Below, in pieces: positions 48,751 through 62,829 of a DNA stretch of 64,000 nucleotides; positions within the stretch are counted from its first letter, which is position 1; each line of letters starts with the position of its first letter. Source of the DNA: Anthoceros angustus (Eukaryota > Plantae > Anthocerotophyta); contig MU008196.1 of the NCBI GenBank assembly GCA_010909165.1, positions 558,001 through 622,000 on the forward strand, read 5' to 3'. The notes below the pieces were generated by a model. It was not told where the DNA came from. It ran no database searches and saw only the letters and a program-made list of their open reading frames with translations. Position numbers and translations under genes: made by a program.

Positions 48751-51700
48751 TGAAGGGAGCGTTGGTATATGTGGGCGTACTTTCGCTGGCGGACTAGTCG
48801 GGCGCACATTTGTCCCGTATCGTGTAGTATGGGGTTCAATCCCAAGGGAATGGTTCACTCCGTTGCTTACTATTTACCTACCCCGTGCCCTTCTTGGTTG
48901 CGAGACGGGGGGCAGCGGACCGCTGACACAATGCGGTCCCCGGTCGCACCCTTCTAAGGCATTCCTTTAGCCTGTGGTACGGCGCCAGAGGCGTTGCTCA
49001 GGGTACCGCCCTCACTTGCCCATCGAGCTGACCGCGGTACGTCCCTCCCTCCATAGCGTCAACGACCAGAGGTTACAAGGGACCAACTATACTGCCCCCA
49101 GACTTTCTACTTTGTACCTACCTTGCCTCTTCTTTCATGTTTCATAATCAACACTACCGTACAGGCCCGGTATGGCCGAACGTTTAAGGACTCGCACACG
49201 TCCGCTTATTCACCCTCATTCAAGGTCTTCTCTTCCGCTCCGCTCTCGTCACTCTCACTCTCACTTGCACTTTCACACGTCGTTGGAGTCAGCGCTCCGT
49301 GAACGCCCGTGGTACCCTCCATCTGCGGGCGCTGCTCGGCCAGCCCGGGCTCTACATGCCCTCACGCCAACCGCTCCTCCTCCGCTCGGCCATCCCTCGT
49401 CCCGTCCCTGAGGCCGTGGATCGCGGTTCCTCATCCCCTGCATTCAGCTCTCATGCGTTGGGGGTTCATCACCAGAACTTGGATAGACCTCTCTGGAGTA
49501 GTTAACCCGCTCGATGACTCGAGACTCGCATTAGCACTTGTCTCGCAGGAGTCAGTATGCACAACACAGTATCAACTGTGGCGCGACTTTCGCTGACGGC
49601 AAGCCGGGCGCGCACAATCCCGTGTTGTTGTAGTAAGGAGTCCGCTCCCAAGAGAATGATAGGCTCCGTTTGCCACGTTTCAATCGTTTCTCACCTCAAC
49701 ACCGTGACCGTTTCAGACTCAGACACACACGTTTATCGTTTTACGACTAACTACTTGTAACGTCCACCGAATAATCGGCGGTACGTAAGCTAAGGACCCG
49801 TTTGCGTCGGGTATCAATCCGATCGCCACTCGTTCTTCTAGTCCGTTACTCTCACCACTCTTGCTACACTCATCGTTCTTGGGGTAAAAGGCGGGTGGGT
49901 CATTAGACCTCCTCCGGAAGCTCGCTGGGCCTCTCCCGGCTCTACATGCCCTCCTGAGTCCCTCCGGCCACACGTTCCACGCTCCATCCAACGCCGATCC
50001 ACGCCTGACGAGCAAGGGTCTTCGATCATTCGCCCTGCACACACCACCACCACATTAGGGTGGTCACCGGGGACACTGATCGGATCTCTTCGAGTTGTCG
50101 TGCGGCTCGGTGACTCAAGACTCACATTAGCGCAGGGCGCACAAAGTGCGCAAAACGCGATCCACCAAGAGAAAGATACTTTACTAGAGTAGCTTCATCC
50201 CTCTTATACTACGCCCAAGTGCGGCGTCTTTATTACACCCCTATTCTGAGCTGATGGCCAGCTCAGTGTGCCCTAATCGGCCGCCTACCATCGTTCCCCC
50301 TCCCGCCTATCTCCGTCGTCGGCGGTGGGCCTGGGAGTGCCCTTGGTTCCGTCTCGGCGCCGATGACCCCACTCCTTGCCCTGACTGTTGCGGCGCACCC
50401 AATCGGATGATCCGCGAGGCGGGACCCCTTCCCCTTCCCGAGACCCTATTAGGTTGGGCTACCGCCGGCGGTCTGAGAACCGCGGTAACCACCACATCCT
50501 CCTCTCCTGGCCTTCGAGTGGGTCCCCGTCAGGGCCACGCTGATCGCCTCCTCCGAGCAAGTCGGGTGACTCCCTCTCTCCCGAGTCCGGACCGGGTCCC
50601 GTCTCAACTCCGGGTCCGATCAAGTCGCCCTTATTTCGCAGTCTCGACCTCGTGGTCCGGCCTCTGCCCGTCTGCACTCAAGGTCCGACTATTGTGGTCC
50701 GGTCTCAAGTCCGGACTGACCACCGGACCTGACCGCCGGGCCCACCTCCTCACCGCCCCTTCCCGCCTTGGGTTCTTGGTTTCCTCCTTCCACCCCTTTC
50801 TGTGGTCCTCGCCTCCCTATCCTTCCCCGGGTTGCGCTGGATTACCTCAAGGTCTCACATGCTGGCGCCATGCTCCTCCGGGCTCTCCTCCGCAGCCTTC
50901 TTGGGTCTCATCGCCGCGTCCTTCTTGCTCGCTGGCGATTGGCGCCCGCCTCTTCGCCGCTTGTCGCCCAACCTCAAGGTGAGCTGCAAAAGTGCCCAAG
51001 CTAAAAGATAGCGCCAAAGAGCTGGGTGACGGAGCGCGAGAGACTACGAAAATCGTCGCGAGGTCACAAAGAGAAATGGCCTACCCTCCGTGCCACGACG
51101 TCGAGAGTAGTCGCCGAGCGGGAGGTGTCCTTCGCCAGAATCGCTGAGGTCCATGGCCTACTTCGCCTTACGCCTGCCATTACGCCGCCAGCCTAGCCTA
51201 CGCCGAACTGCATCGGAGCGTGAATACCGCTTATAACGGCCATGCAACCCTACGGCCCCGTCTGCTGCATGCCCGCTTCACCGAGCCCACGTGGCTCCTA
51301 AACACACCCAACTTCTAAATTACTTTACTTGGCGACTTATCCCGCCCCACTCGGAGTGTGGTCCGGACTTACACCCCGATGGGTGTGTCCGAGCTCCTCC
51401 CGAGTGTGCTCCGAGTCCTTCACCACTCCCGAGTCCTTCGACCTTCTCCGGAGCATTAGTACTCCGGCTTATTTCTTCCTTTCGCTTATTTTCTACTCCC
51501 CACTGAAAAACAAAACCTAACTCATTTCCTACCCCCGGGGAGAGTCCGTGGTCCACATCAACCCCAAAAGGAAAATCACATTATGGGGGCGGCAACCCCC
51601 CTCTTATACTGCCTCTAAGGCAGAGCCATTATTGCAACCCCAAAGACTAGCCCTACCCCCAGCTACCTATACATGCACGAGAGACACCGGATCCTTACAC

Positions 51701-51950
51701 GTGGCTACCTACGTCTTCGACGGTGGGGCTGCTGTTGACTTCAGACTCAGACCGGCAGCCCAATCCCCAACCTCGCGCACCCGAGGCACCTCATTATCCT
51801 TGACCTGCCTTGGGACCCGGCCCCACCTCCGGTTGGAGGTGTGCAGTAGAGGTCCGCCTGAGGCGTGAGGGACCCAGACCCAGGTCCTGGCCTCGGAGTT
51901 GAGGGGGGACCCAGAGATCCGGCCTCCGGAGTTAAGGGGGAACCCATTGG
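48751..51950 (-). mobile_element. Family B copy (minus strand) with two tandem LTR-like units
   Basis: Reverse complement is colinear with 14190-14440 and 17300-18554. LTR-like units at ~48751-49560 and ~49565-50290. Confidence 0.65.
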
Positions 51951-51999
51951 TGCCCGAAGGACAAGCCTAGCCCAATGACGGACTTTCCCTTCCGGGCGG

Positions 52000-52920
52000 A
52001 CTCATGAGGTGGGGACCCACCATGGTAGAGGGGCACAACCCGGCAGCGGTTATCGTGAGCGAGAAGAGGACATGGTGGTGACTCCCCCCACTACGGGTCC
52101 ATTCTCCGTCCCGCCTCTTCCTCGATCGCTACCTTCTACGCCCCCCAACCCGAGTGCCGAGTTCGGGAAGCATATCTCTTGGTTCGCTAGGGACTCACCG
52201 CCCGGCTGCTGCCCCTCGCCCGAGGGCCCCGCCTCGCCATCGCTTCCTCTCTCAGCACCTAGGTTCCTGCCATCCTCTCCCAAATTCTTCTCGGCTCTCT
52301 CCCACCCTTCTGGTAGCCCTACCACTTCCGCCATCTTGTGCACCTTGCTCACGGCTCGTGGGGTGAGGGAACTTTTCACCCTCCCTTCCCATGGATCCGA
52401 CCGCCTTGATCTCTCCGGTTGTTTCTCCCACCACCTCGCCTCCTTCCGTGGGTATACACGACCCAAAGATATGTATCATCGTGGAATGCAAAAGTTTGGG
52501 CAACTAGCTTAAATGAGTTCGCTTTGAAACAGCCCACACTTTTGCTAGAAATGGTTTGGTGAAGACATGCAAGGAAATTTTTGCTCCTTTTGAGCGGGAG
52601 TTGTAGGACCATGTCGGAAGGCGAGAGGATATGCAGGAAAAGAAACGGGTCAAAACGACCTGGTGAGGAGAAAAGGTAACCTACATGAGTGGTAGGAGGT
52701 GTCCTACCACCGTAGGAGAAACTCCTACCATGGTAGACGAGGGTAGGAGAGATCCTACCACCGTAGGAGATGACCGCTAGTGTTTTGATCACCTACCAAG
52801 GGAATAGCTCCTACCATGGTAGGAGAGGGTAGGAAGGTATCCCACCAGAGAAACTCCTACCGTGGTAGGAGAAAAGGAAAACGCCACCATGGTAGGATGT
52901 CCTACCACGGAGAGATAGGT
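52000..52920 (-). mobile_element. Family A-related fragment (minus strand) with a palindrome array
   Basis: 52415-52465 resembles the reverse complement of 5040-5075. Repeated CCTACC(A/G)TGGTAGG units at 52680-52910. Confidence 0.45.
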
Positions 52921-53099
52921 TTCTAAGGAAAGTAGCTTATGTTTTAGGCGTGATAGGCTTGCTATATATAGAGTCTTTTAGTGGACTAGATAAATAGGCC
53001 AAAATAGGTAATTAAGAAATTAGAGGCTAATTTTCGAATTAGAAATTAGAAAATAGGGAAATGGTATTTTAGTATAAGGAATTAGGAAACTAACATCAA

Positions 53100-56000
53100 T
53101 GGTGAGAAAGGGCCACGTGGCACACATCCAAGGGCAGGATAGAATGGTAGTTACTTTTTCTAACCCTTGGGTGACTTATAAAAGTGAGCAGTGTGCGCAG
53201 GAGGCCACAACTCGAAACTTGAAGAGACGGCCTCAGCAGAAGGCGCCGCCACACCTCAAGCTGCCCAAGGCCCCATACAGCAACACCGCACACGCGCCTG
53301 TTGAGGAGGAGAAGGAGGGCGCAAGCTCAGCAAGGAGGCGAAATCCAGCGCCCAAGAGAGGAAGAAGGAGGAAAAGAGAAGAAGAGAAGGGAGAAGAAGG
53401 TTGGGCAACCCAACACTTACCAAGCTCGTGAGGGTGCCTAGGAGGGTGGAGCGTGGCAAGATTGCTAGGAAACCGTGCAGGAAGGGCTCCTAAATTGCTG
53501 TGGAAGGTGTAAGAGTCCGTGGGGGAATTTTGTTGAGCTTTCTCTTGCAGGAGAAATCGGGGTTACTGGGGACGCCAAGGTGTAAGGACTGCAGGAGGAG
53601 AGCAAGGGCAAGGACCTTTGAGCTGTGAGCAAGAGCAAATCACTGAGGAGGAGAAACGTTTGCAAGGATAGGAAGCTGGCAGGTGCTGCAGGAATTGCAG
53701 GAGAGGCATCACTTTTCTTCAATTTCGTGCAAGTACTAACCAAGGAGGCCATGACCAAGCCTACCATGACCAAGGGCAAGGAGGTAGTAGCCAAGGAAGG
53801 AGCGTCCACCAAGGGAGGTGGCGCAGGAGCGCAAGAGGTCTAAGGCGGAGGATCGACCTGAGGGTGGAAATTTGACATGCCCTTATTTACGTGCTATGCA
53901 GGCCAGCTATCCTCTAGAGACCTTTCGACTTTCGACCTTGGGCAGCAGAGGAGAATATTCAGCTAGAGTGGGTGTATGGGCGACATTGGTCTTACACCAA
54001 CCTTGAATTGATAGAGGAGTGTTTTGCTAATTTGCAGCAGACGGAAGAGGAATTGGCCGCCCACCGGATAGAAACGCACGGACGGATCCACGGTGTTGGA
54101 TAAGGAGCATACGCTGTATATGGCAGCCGGATAGCGAGGATAGCGGAATCACGCTGATGGAAGGAACGAGTGAGGCAAGCGTGCATCAACGGCGGATCTT
54201 CCCAAGGGAGCCCTTACACTTATGCAAGGGGCATGAAGGCTAAGTCCAAGAACGGTTGGCGACGGACCAAATCTTGGAGCCCAAGTGGAGATTGTTCACA
54301 AGAATTGTTTTGGGCTTGGTGAGCAATCCAAGGGTGTCATATTTCAGCACTACCTTCCTCCATTTTCTATGGAAGATCACTCAAGGAGCGAAGCCGGATT
54401 GGGGCTCATCATGTATGAAGCATACACCTACCACCGGAAAAGTTGTCAAACCCAACGCGCTTGGATGAAGACAAGGCCATGCTATCTTAGCACTTATCTA
54501 GTGCATTTGTGGGAAGTAGAGGGCTACTCACAAGTAAGGAGTTGGATGATTCCAAGCATCCCTTTAACATTGTGTACTTACCTGTGGAGAGGGACAGGAG
54601 TGCTTGGTGCTTTGCTAAAGGAGGTGCCGCAGCACCACCGGACATTATTGCCGGAAGGAATCCTCCAAAGATAGGCCGAGGATGTGCAGGAGGACTTGCA
54701 AGGAGAAGTTGTAGGGGATTTGAAGTTTGGACCGCTGGAGGATGCGGAGATGGAAGGTAGGATAGATCCTACCATGGGTGAATCCGCGAGGGTGGGAGGT
54801 GTTCCCACGGTTTGGGACCCCTTCGTCCTCCTCATGACAAGGCCTACAGCAGGAATTAGTCCTACCACGGTGGGAAGTAGTCCTACTGGTAGGAGCACCT
54901 CCTACCACGGTAGGAGGAAAGGAAGTCACGGTTTGGAAGCTCCCAAGGGGAGATAAGAAGGCAACCGCCCTGCTAGGTGGGCGAGCGGATGGAGTCACGG
55001 TGGAGGAGTTGCCCACCAAGTGATGAGCGGGAGCTCATCATAGGGAAGCAAGGGATGTAAGATCCCATGAGCAAGGCAAAGGCCTTGAGTCTCCGGAGGT
55101 AAGAAAGGAGACTTAGACATGTTGGAGGAGATGCTGCGCATAGGGGAGATGTTCAGAAGATAGGAGCCGCCAAGAGGAGAGTTGAATTCTTGAAGACGGA
55201 GGCGAGAAGACAAGGACCTACCAAGCAAGGGAAATTGCGGTAGGCGGAAACCCAAGTGGAGGATGTTATGAGGATGGAAGCTCAAGTGGAGCACTTGGAA
55301 AAGAGTCTTGAAACAAGGCAACAGGAAACAAACCATCATATTCGGAGAACAAGGCTCTTACCAAGCAATTGGCAGCTCGAGAGGAGAAGGTGGAGCAACT
55401 TGCTCACATGGTGCGCACATGGAAAAGAAGGCGTAAGACAAGCAAGTGCTGCTAATGGAGGAAAGGTCAAGACGAGAGCAATCTGCAAAGAAATGAGGAC
55501 AAAGACAAAGGCAAGTAGGCGCACATGAGCGGGTCATAGCCACACAGTGTGAAGATTAGTGACATGGAAAAGGAGCTGGGAGAAATCCACGGAGGCTGGA
55601 ATTGAAGGAAGAAGAGCTGGAAGAACGGACACATTTTGTCCAAAGATTGGAAATGGAACGAGAAGTCCAAAGAACGGAGAATGCACAACTCCCTAGGAGG
55701 ATAGGGGAGTTGGAGGAAGAAATGGCAAAGGAGAAAGGCCGTCATGAGGCGCAAAGATATGTTGGCGGTGAGGGAGCAGAGATTTCTGATTATGCCCTAC
55801 AAGAGAGATTGATCCGCCAACCGCAATGAGAGGACGGAGAATGTGGCTCTCCATGTCAAGACCGGTGAGCTGGCCTTGAGCGAGATGCTTACAAAAGCAA
55901 GTGTGAGCATGGAGTATGGCTTGAGGATTACGAAGAATTGGAGATGGCACAACAACGATTTGCAGCCCATCTTCACAACAAGGTGCTCAAGGCCACTAAC

Positions 56001-58276
56001 GAGTTGTTGCGACTTGCTGAAGAGGAGGAATGTTGGGACCTCATGACGATGATAGGGAGGCCCTCATGCAAGTCCAACCGGAAGCCTTAGACTTGGAGAG
56101 TGTCCCAAGCAGGGTGGAGAAACTTCGCACTGTGGAGAAGCAAGCGGGAGAAGCCGCATGTGGAGAGAATCACCCTGTGAAGGGGTAAGGAAGAAGAAAC
56201 GACTGTAGGAACTCCTACTGGTAGGAGGAGTTCCTACCGTGGTAGGAGGGACTCCTACCGTAGGAGAAGGTCCTACCATGGTAGGAGGGCCGGAAGAAGC
56301 AGGATTCAAAGGTCGCTAGCATGGATTTGACGGCAAGGGAGGCGAGTACCTTGGCCCTTGCAGAAAGAAGGAAGAGGGGTTGATCTTGAATGGAGCAAGA
56401 ATCACAAGGAGAAGACCAACCTCCCAACATGGGTGCAGAAGGAGCTCACTTGCTCCACAAGTGAGAGGAAGAGGAGAAGTCGAGGATGAGCCATGGCTAA
56501 GAGAGCCCGGCTATTTTATTGGAGGAAGGAACTCAAGATAGGCATCAAGATAAGGAAGGGATTCATAAGAAGTCCTTAAATTAGCTTGAAGACATGGGGC
56601 AAGATGCCACTTGGGAAGACTTTTCTTTAGAGGAGGACAGCATTAATGCTTGTCACCCAAAGAGTGTGTTGACTAGCTAGATAGGAATGTTGTGAGCCAT
56701 TAAGGCTCACATAGGTGAATTTGCTAGAATAGAATTTTACCCAAGATGCTTGGATGTCGAACTTAAAGTCGACAATAGGATACACTAAAATAAGGAGTGA
56801 GGCAAAGGCGGCGCTGTGGGAGGTATGTGAGGACCTCCCTATAAAAGGAGGGAGCTTGTGAAGTAAAATTATCGTGTCTTGCGCCCCATCCTCCCGAGTC
56901 CTTCACTTTGTGTGAATTTCGCGGCCGCAAGCCAACGCAGGTCCGGTAGAGAGGAGAACGCGCGGTCGGAGTGCCGGGTGGAGGGCTTGCTTTGCAGCGC
57001 CGCTAGCCGCCTCCCTTGTGAATGGTTGTGAATTGTTTTGCTTTGAGTGTGTGGCGATGCTCAAGGAACTCTCGGCTTGAGGGTAGACTGCAGGAAAGAC
57101 TCGGAGGTTCTCTGTCCGGTGCAAACCACATAGCAACCGGCCCAAGGAAGAACTCACACTTCCTGACGGACCCTGTGCCAGCCGTAAGGGCGAGTTGGAA
57201 TTAATGAGCCAGAATTGGTGTTAGAGTAGGAGATTGTGGAGGAAGGAAGGGTAGATGAGTAGAGAAGAAGAGGGCGTTGTTGATTGAGAGAGTTGTGAGG
57301 AGGATTAGAGTGTAGGAAAACTAAGGCCATGCAGAGCCTAAGGGACGAATCCCAACTGCAAGTAAGAGGGCGCCTGTGGAGAAGAGTGTCTTAGGAGTAG
57401 GGACGGTTGCGGTGTGGGTCGGGGTCCCCTGGCGCCCGTGATAGACACCTTGTCATAAGACGAACTGCAATTGTGTGGTGTCGCTAGGTTGAGGCGCAGA
57501 ATTTTACGGGCAAGAGCGTGTGGCCGAGAGGAGAACGCGCGGTCGGAGTGCCGGGTGGAGGGCTTGCTTTGCTGCGCCCCGCTAGCCGCTCCTTGTGAAT
57601 GGTTGTGTGAATTGTTTTGCTTTGAGTGTGTGGCGATGCTCAAGGAACTCTCGGCTTGAGGGTAGACCGCAGGAAAGACTCGGAGGTTCTCACCGTCTGC
57701 AAACCACATAGCAACCGCCCAAGGAAGAACTCACACTTCCTGAAACGGAGCCGTAAGGGCGAGTTGGAATTAATGAGCCAGCAATTGGTGTTAGAGTAGG
57801 AGATTGTGGAGGAAGGAAGGGTAGATGAGTAGAGAAGAAGAGGGCGTTGTTGATTGAGAGAGTTGTGAGGAGGATTAGAGTGTAGGAAAACTAAGGCCAC
57901 AGTGTGAGCCTAAGGGACGAATCCCAACTGCAAGTAAGAGGGCGCCCCTGTGGAGAAGAGTGTCTTAGAGTAGGGACGGTTGCGGTGGGTCGGGGTCCCC
58001 GCCCGTGATGATAGACCTTGTCATAAGACGAACTGCAATTGTGTGGTGTCGCTAGGTTGAGGTGGTGAATTTTACAAGACGGCGAGCTGCTGTAGAGGGA
58101 GCGTGAGAGGGCGCCTTGCTTGTTTAGAAGGCTGAGGTAGTGTGTAGCTGCGGTGGTGGGTTCTCAAGATCTCTACTGCTCCCCAAGTCTCATGGGACGA
58201 AACCCAACGAACGAAAACGACAAGGGATAAGTGTGGCCAGAGGGTGCATCTCGAAGCCCCGGATCGCCTCCCCACA
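53100..58276 (+). mobile_element. Family A copy: internal TATA, accessory ORF, coiled-coil ORF, 3' LTR
   Basis: CTTATAAAAG at ~53176, ORF start MTKPTMTKGKEVV, EPKWRLFTRIVLGLVSNPRVSYFSTTFLHFLWKI...YLSTYLVHLW, Glu/Lys-rich frames at 55100-55830, then the LTR. Confidence 0.7.
56691..58276 (+). repeat. Family A LTR with a ~580-bp internal tandem duplication
   Basis: TGTGAG...CCCACA termini. GAGAGGAGAACGCGCGGTCGGAGTGCC occurs at ~56949 and ~57527. Removing the duplication gives ~1 kb, like 5637-6620. Confidence 0.7.
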
Positions 58277-59950
58277 ATCACATCTTGGATAATGCATATG
58301 GTTAAATTAGCATCGCCCGCAAATTTGCGGCGTGACACGCCCTTGACGTGAACATGTGATTGTGAATCATACACCCCACCACATGGACTAGAATAGCCTT
58401 CCTTTAGCTCCTTAGGCCATCTAAGTATATGCGGTAAGGATGTTTTTTTCTGATCCATACCATCGATACATAATAACATGTACTTGTGAGGCTCCGTGTA
58501 TCCTTTCGTTCGATGTTGTGTCAACTTCTTCCGCTCCTCCATAAGCTTTATGCGATGTTTGTTCAATGCCTCCTGATATATATCTGCTATACAACCAAAT
58601 GTCATGTCAGTGTTCATCAATGACATATACCATCATTCCACGACCAACGACCCTCCCCACTAATGCCTCATTTCAAATGCAATAGATGAAGGGGTCGACT
58701 CCATTATAAGGCTGGCGTCTAGGCGATTGTCCATTGTAGCGGCCAAGGGGCACTGACCCTAAACGCCCCTCGAGAGGGTCAACCCCTAAACGACAAACCT
58801 AGGGTTCCGGCCGTTGTATGGTCCCGGCATAGCGAGGCCCTAAAGGGTCCTCCACTCTAGGGCGCCGAAAAGTCAAGGCCATAAAATGTCAAGGCGAAGT
58901 GTCCACCGCCGGCTCATGCGCCTTCAATTCAAACATGCGCTGCAGCCGCGCCAACCCCTACCCCCATCCTCCCTCCTCCTCTTCCCATCCCCCTTCCACC
59001 CTTCCACTGGGAGCTGCGCCTCATCTCCTCCTCACTCGAGGCCCCGATGCTGGCGCCTTCCTCCTCGCATGTCGCCCTCATCTCCTCCCCCGAGGGCGCT
59101 GCATGCCGACGCCTCCTCATCTCCTCCCCGGGGAGGCGCCGCATGCCGCGCACTCTCTCCTCCCTCCACACTTGAGGCCGCTTAGAAACATGCCCGCCTC
59201 GACCAAGGGCCGTACCGATCGTACATCTGACCAAGGGTCAACATCCACCATCACAACATACCACTGTTCGACATCAGATGGCCCACCTCGCTGTGACGGC
59301 CAACCTGTGCCTCTTTTATACCATGCCGGAAAAACGGCGTACAGCGATGAGCATAGCTTGATCTGTCCGCGATCCAGTGCTCCGGATGTTGAACTTTAGA
59401 CCGGCGCGGAGAGAACATGTTGAAAATCAATTGGATTTCAATATCTTCATGCGCTTCAAGTTTTGGTTCTATAGTCTCGTAAAAGCACGACTAAATATAT
59501 CGCACTCGCTTTGCTCCATGCCACATTTGTATTGTGTCCACACTTCTAGCTTGGTGAAAGTGTCGGGAAGATTGTAGACTTCAACATTAGGCAGCCGCTC
59601 TGCCAATTGCAGAAATGTTGCATCCATCCATGCAATAGCGCCCAATGCATAAGATGATTTCACCCGGGGGTTTGGCTTGCTACCATCCCATGGTGAATTC
59701 AACAGTACTCTGCCCTTCACCTCCTCGTACCTTTCCGACCCTATACAATACACCCTTCCAAGGATTTCGTGCAACACTTGATTGAACCTGCCTTCGTAAA
59801 AGCATGCACTGCCTTTTCCTTTCGATCCATGGTCGCCTTATAAGGGTCTCTAAATGTGTCTCCTCATCACAAAACTGGATAAGCATGTTTTTCATGTGGA
59901 AATCATATGGCGCCATGGCCCATGCCGTTGGCCATGGAAAAAACCATATG
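58277..59950 (-). mobile_element. Sola/DUF7869-like DNA transposase fragment, probably intron-containing, cut by the family A LTR
   Basis: Upstream piece: VC.KSFRRVYCIGSERY; AWMDATF..LAERLPN..VYNLPDTFTKLEVW; KI.K...FSTC. Downstream piece: KHRIKLMEERKKLTQHR...PHKYMLLCIDGMDQKKTSLPH...GDANLTI. A CAG acceptor is plausible at ~58583. Confidence 0.55.
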
Positions 59951-62795
59951 AAAATAATATCCTCAATGTGTATGTATTTTTATTTTTAGTTTCTATGTGT
60001 TCTACATTATTTATGTTTGAGTCCTACAAAGAGCTCATATGTTACTCATGAAAGGACAACATGCTCATGTTATAAATGTCATTCAGTGTCTATGTAGTTT
60101 AAATATTTCAATATATAGGTGCTCTTATATGGAATCTCTTATGAATCTACGTAAAATGAATATAAAAACAACATAAAAATAATCACATCCCTAAATTTTA
60201 TGCCCTTCATACCAGTCTTATATGAATATTTATAAGCTAAATTTTAAAATTTTAAAATAATTAAATATTTTTACTATATGAAAAATGTCTAATAATATAA
60301 AAACATGGATAAGTACATCCAATAAAATTCATATGTATTTTAATACCCTGTATCATGTGTAAAATAATATAGAGAGCATGTAGATAGGGTCCACACGGTC
60401 GGCCATGAAAAGAGGGTATGAATATCATATCCTGTCATAAATGTCATTCCTTGTAAAGTCTTAGTACCCATTTGCTTTTGAGTACTACAAAGAACTTGTA
60501 AAATACTCATGAAGCTACAAGTATCCTTCTATTTTGTGTGTCATGCTAAATGCATTTACTTTCTTTATATCAAAATATATGTACGCTAATATGAAATCTG
60601 TATGGACTTATGTGAAAATAGATATACACATCATACGCGAATTGCAATGATTTGTATATACCTTTCACAATTCCTTTCTGAATATCTAATACAATAACAC
60701 CCCCTTTACAGCGAGGTGGGGCAGTCACGCCAAAACATCACTGACACCAAAGACTAGGCCTCCAAGTAGCCCGCCGTCCTTCCACGGACGACTTGCAACA
60801 AGACATCCGCCACCGCTATTTATTCCAAAGAAGAGTCAACAAGAATACATGAGAGATCGGAGAGCTCCCCATCTTTGCCTAAGCTAGGAGCTTAGCCTCT
60901 CCTCGATCTCCTCCTCAGCCTCTCCTCTAGCACGCCACACTCTAGGCACCAAAGTCCTATCCTCACAAGAGTGTAGCTCCCAAGTGCTAGGATCCTTCTA
61001 GACATGCTCACACTCTAGGCTCCCAAGGCCTTTAGGCTCCAAAGTCCTATCCTCAAGAGTGTAGCTCCCCATGCTAGGATCACAAGATATCTCTAGGGCT
61101 AGCCTCATCTCCTTATATAGGAGGCTTACATCATTTCCAAAGTAAGCTAAAAGCGGACTTTCTTCCTTAAGCCCTAAGCTAAGTCTTACCACCACTACTT
61201 ACAACTTACTAACTAGATCCATGCAATAGCGCCTAATGCATAAGATGATTTCACCGGGTTTGGCTTGCTACCATCCCATGGTGAATTCAACGATCTACGC
61301 CCTTCACCTCCTCGTACCTTTCCGACCCTATGCAATACACCCTTCTGAAGGATTTCAGGCAACACTTGATTGGAACCGGTGCCTTCAGAAAAGTACAGAC
61401 TCTGTCTTTTCCTTTCGATCCATGGTCAGGCCTTACAAGGGTCTCTAAATGTGTCTCCTCATCACAAAACTGGATAAGCATGTTTTTCATGTGGAAATCA
61501 TATGGCGCCATGGCCCATGCCGTTGGCCATGGAAAAAACCATATGAAAATAATATCCTCAATGTGTATGTATTTTTATTTTTAGTTTCTATGTGTTCTAC
61601 ATTATTTATGTTTGAGTCCTACAAAGAGCTCATATGTTACTCATGAAAGGACAACATGCTCATGTTATAAATGTCATTCAGTGTCTATGTAGTTTAAATA
61701 TTTCAATATATAGGTGCTCTTATATGGAATCTCTTATGAATCTACGTAAAAATGAATATAAAAACAACATAAAAATAATCACATCCCTAAATTTTATGCC
61801 CTTCATACCAGTCTTATATGAATATTTATAAGCTAAATTTTAAAATTTTAAAATAATTAAATATTTTTACTATATGAAAAATGTCTAATAATATAAAAAC
61901 ATGGATAAGTACATCCAATAAAATTCATATGTATTTTAAATATCATGTGTAAAATAATATAGAGCATGTAGATAGGGTCCACACTCGGCCATGAAAAGAG
62001 GGTATGAATATCATATCCTGACATAAATGTCATTCCTTGTAAAGTCTTAGTACCCATTTGCTTTTGAGTACTACAAAGAACTTGTAAAATACTCATGAAG
62101 CTACAAGTATCCTTCTATTTTGTGTGTCATGCTAAATGCATTTACTTTCTTTATATCAAAATATATGTACGCTAATATGAAATCTGTATGGACTTATGTG
62201 AAAATAGATATACATCATCTGCGATTGCAATGATTTGTATATACCTTTCACAATTCCTTTACGAATATCTAATACAATAACACCCCTTTTGAGGTGGGGC
62301 GATCCGCGATTAGCGACAAAACATCACGGACACCAAAGACTAGGCCTCCAAGTAGCCCGCCGTCCTTCCACGGACTTGCGGTCGACTTGTCTGCCCATTG
62401 CTATTTATTCCAAAGAGTCAACAAGAATACATGAGAGATCGAGAGCTCCCCATCTTTGCCTAAGCTAGGAGCTTAGCTCTCCCTCGATCTCCTCCTCAAC
62501 GCTCTCCTCTAGCACGCTCACACTCTAGGCACCAGTCCTATCCTCACAAGAGTGTAGCTCCCAAGTGCTAGGATCCTTCTAGACATGCTCACTCTAGGCT
62601 CCCAAGGCCTTTAGGCTCCAAAGTCCTATCCTCAAGAGTGTAGCTCCCATGCTAGGATCACAAGATATCTCTAGGGCTAGCCTCATCTCCTTATATAGGA
62701 GGCTTACATCATTCAAAGTAAGCTAAGCGGACTTTCTTCCTTAAGCCCTAAGCTAAGTCTTACCACCACTACTTACAACTTACTAACTAGATCCG
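59626..62795. repeat. ~1.59-kb tandem duplication (transposase 5' part, AT-rich spacer, chromovirus LTR)
   Basis: 59626-61218 is repeated as 61215-62795 with ATCC microhomology. Identical ORFs at 59854-60051 and 61449-61646. Confidence 0.85.
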
Positions 62796-62826
62796 AGGTG
62801 CATGCTTCTCATGCAAGGCTCGTTAC
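62290..62826 (-). repeat. Chromovirus 3' LTR (partial duplicate at ~60712-61218)
   Basis: Polypurine tract GATGGGGAGAAA immediately upstream on the minus strand. Ends ...CACCTCA at 62290. TATA CCTATATAAGG. Confidence 0.7.
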
Positions 62827-62829
62827 TTT

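Noticed and set aside
58750-58815. Telomere-like ACCCTAAAC / AAACCTAGGGTT motifs
   Set aside because: Only 2-3 scattered imperfect units. Not an interstitial telomeric array.
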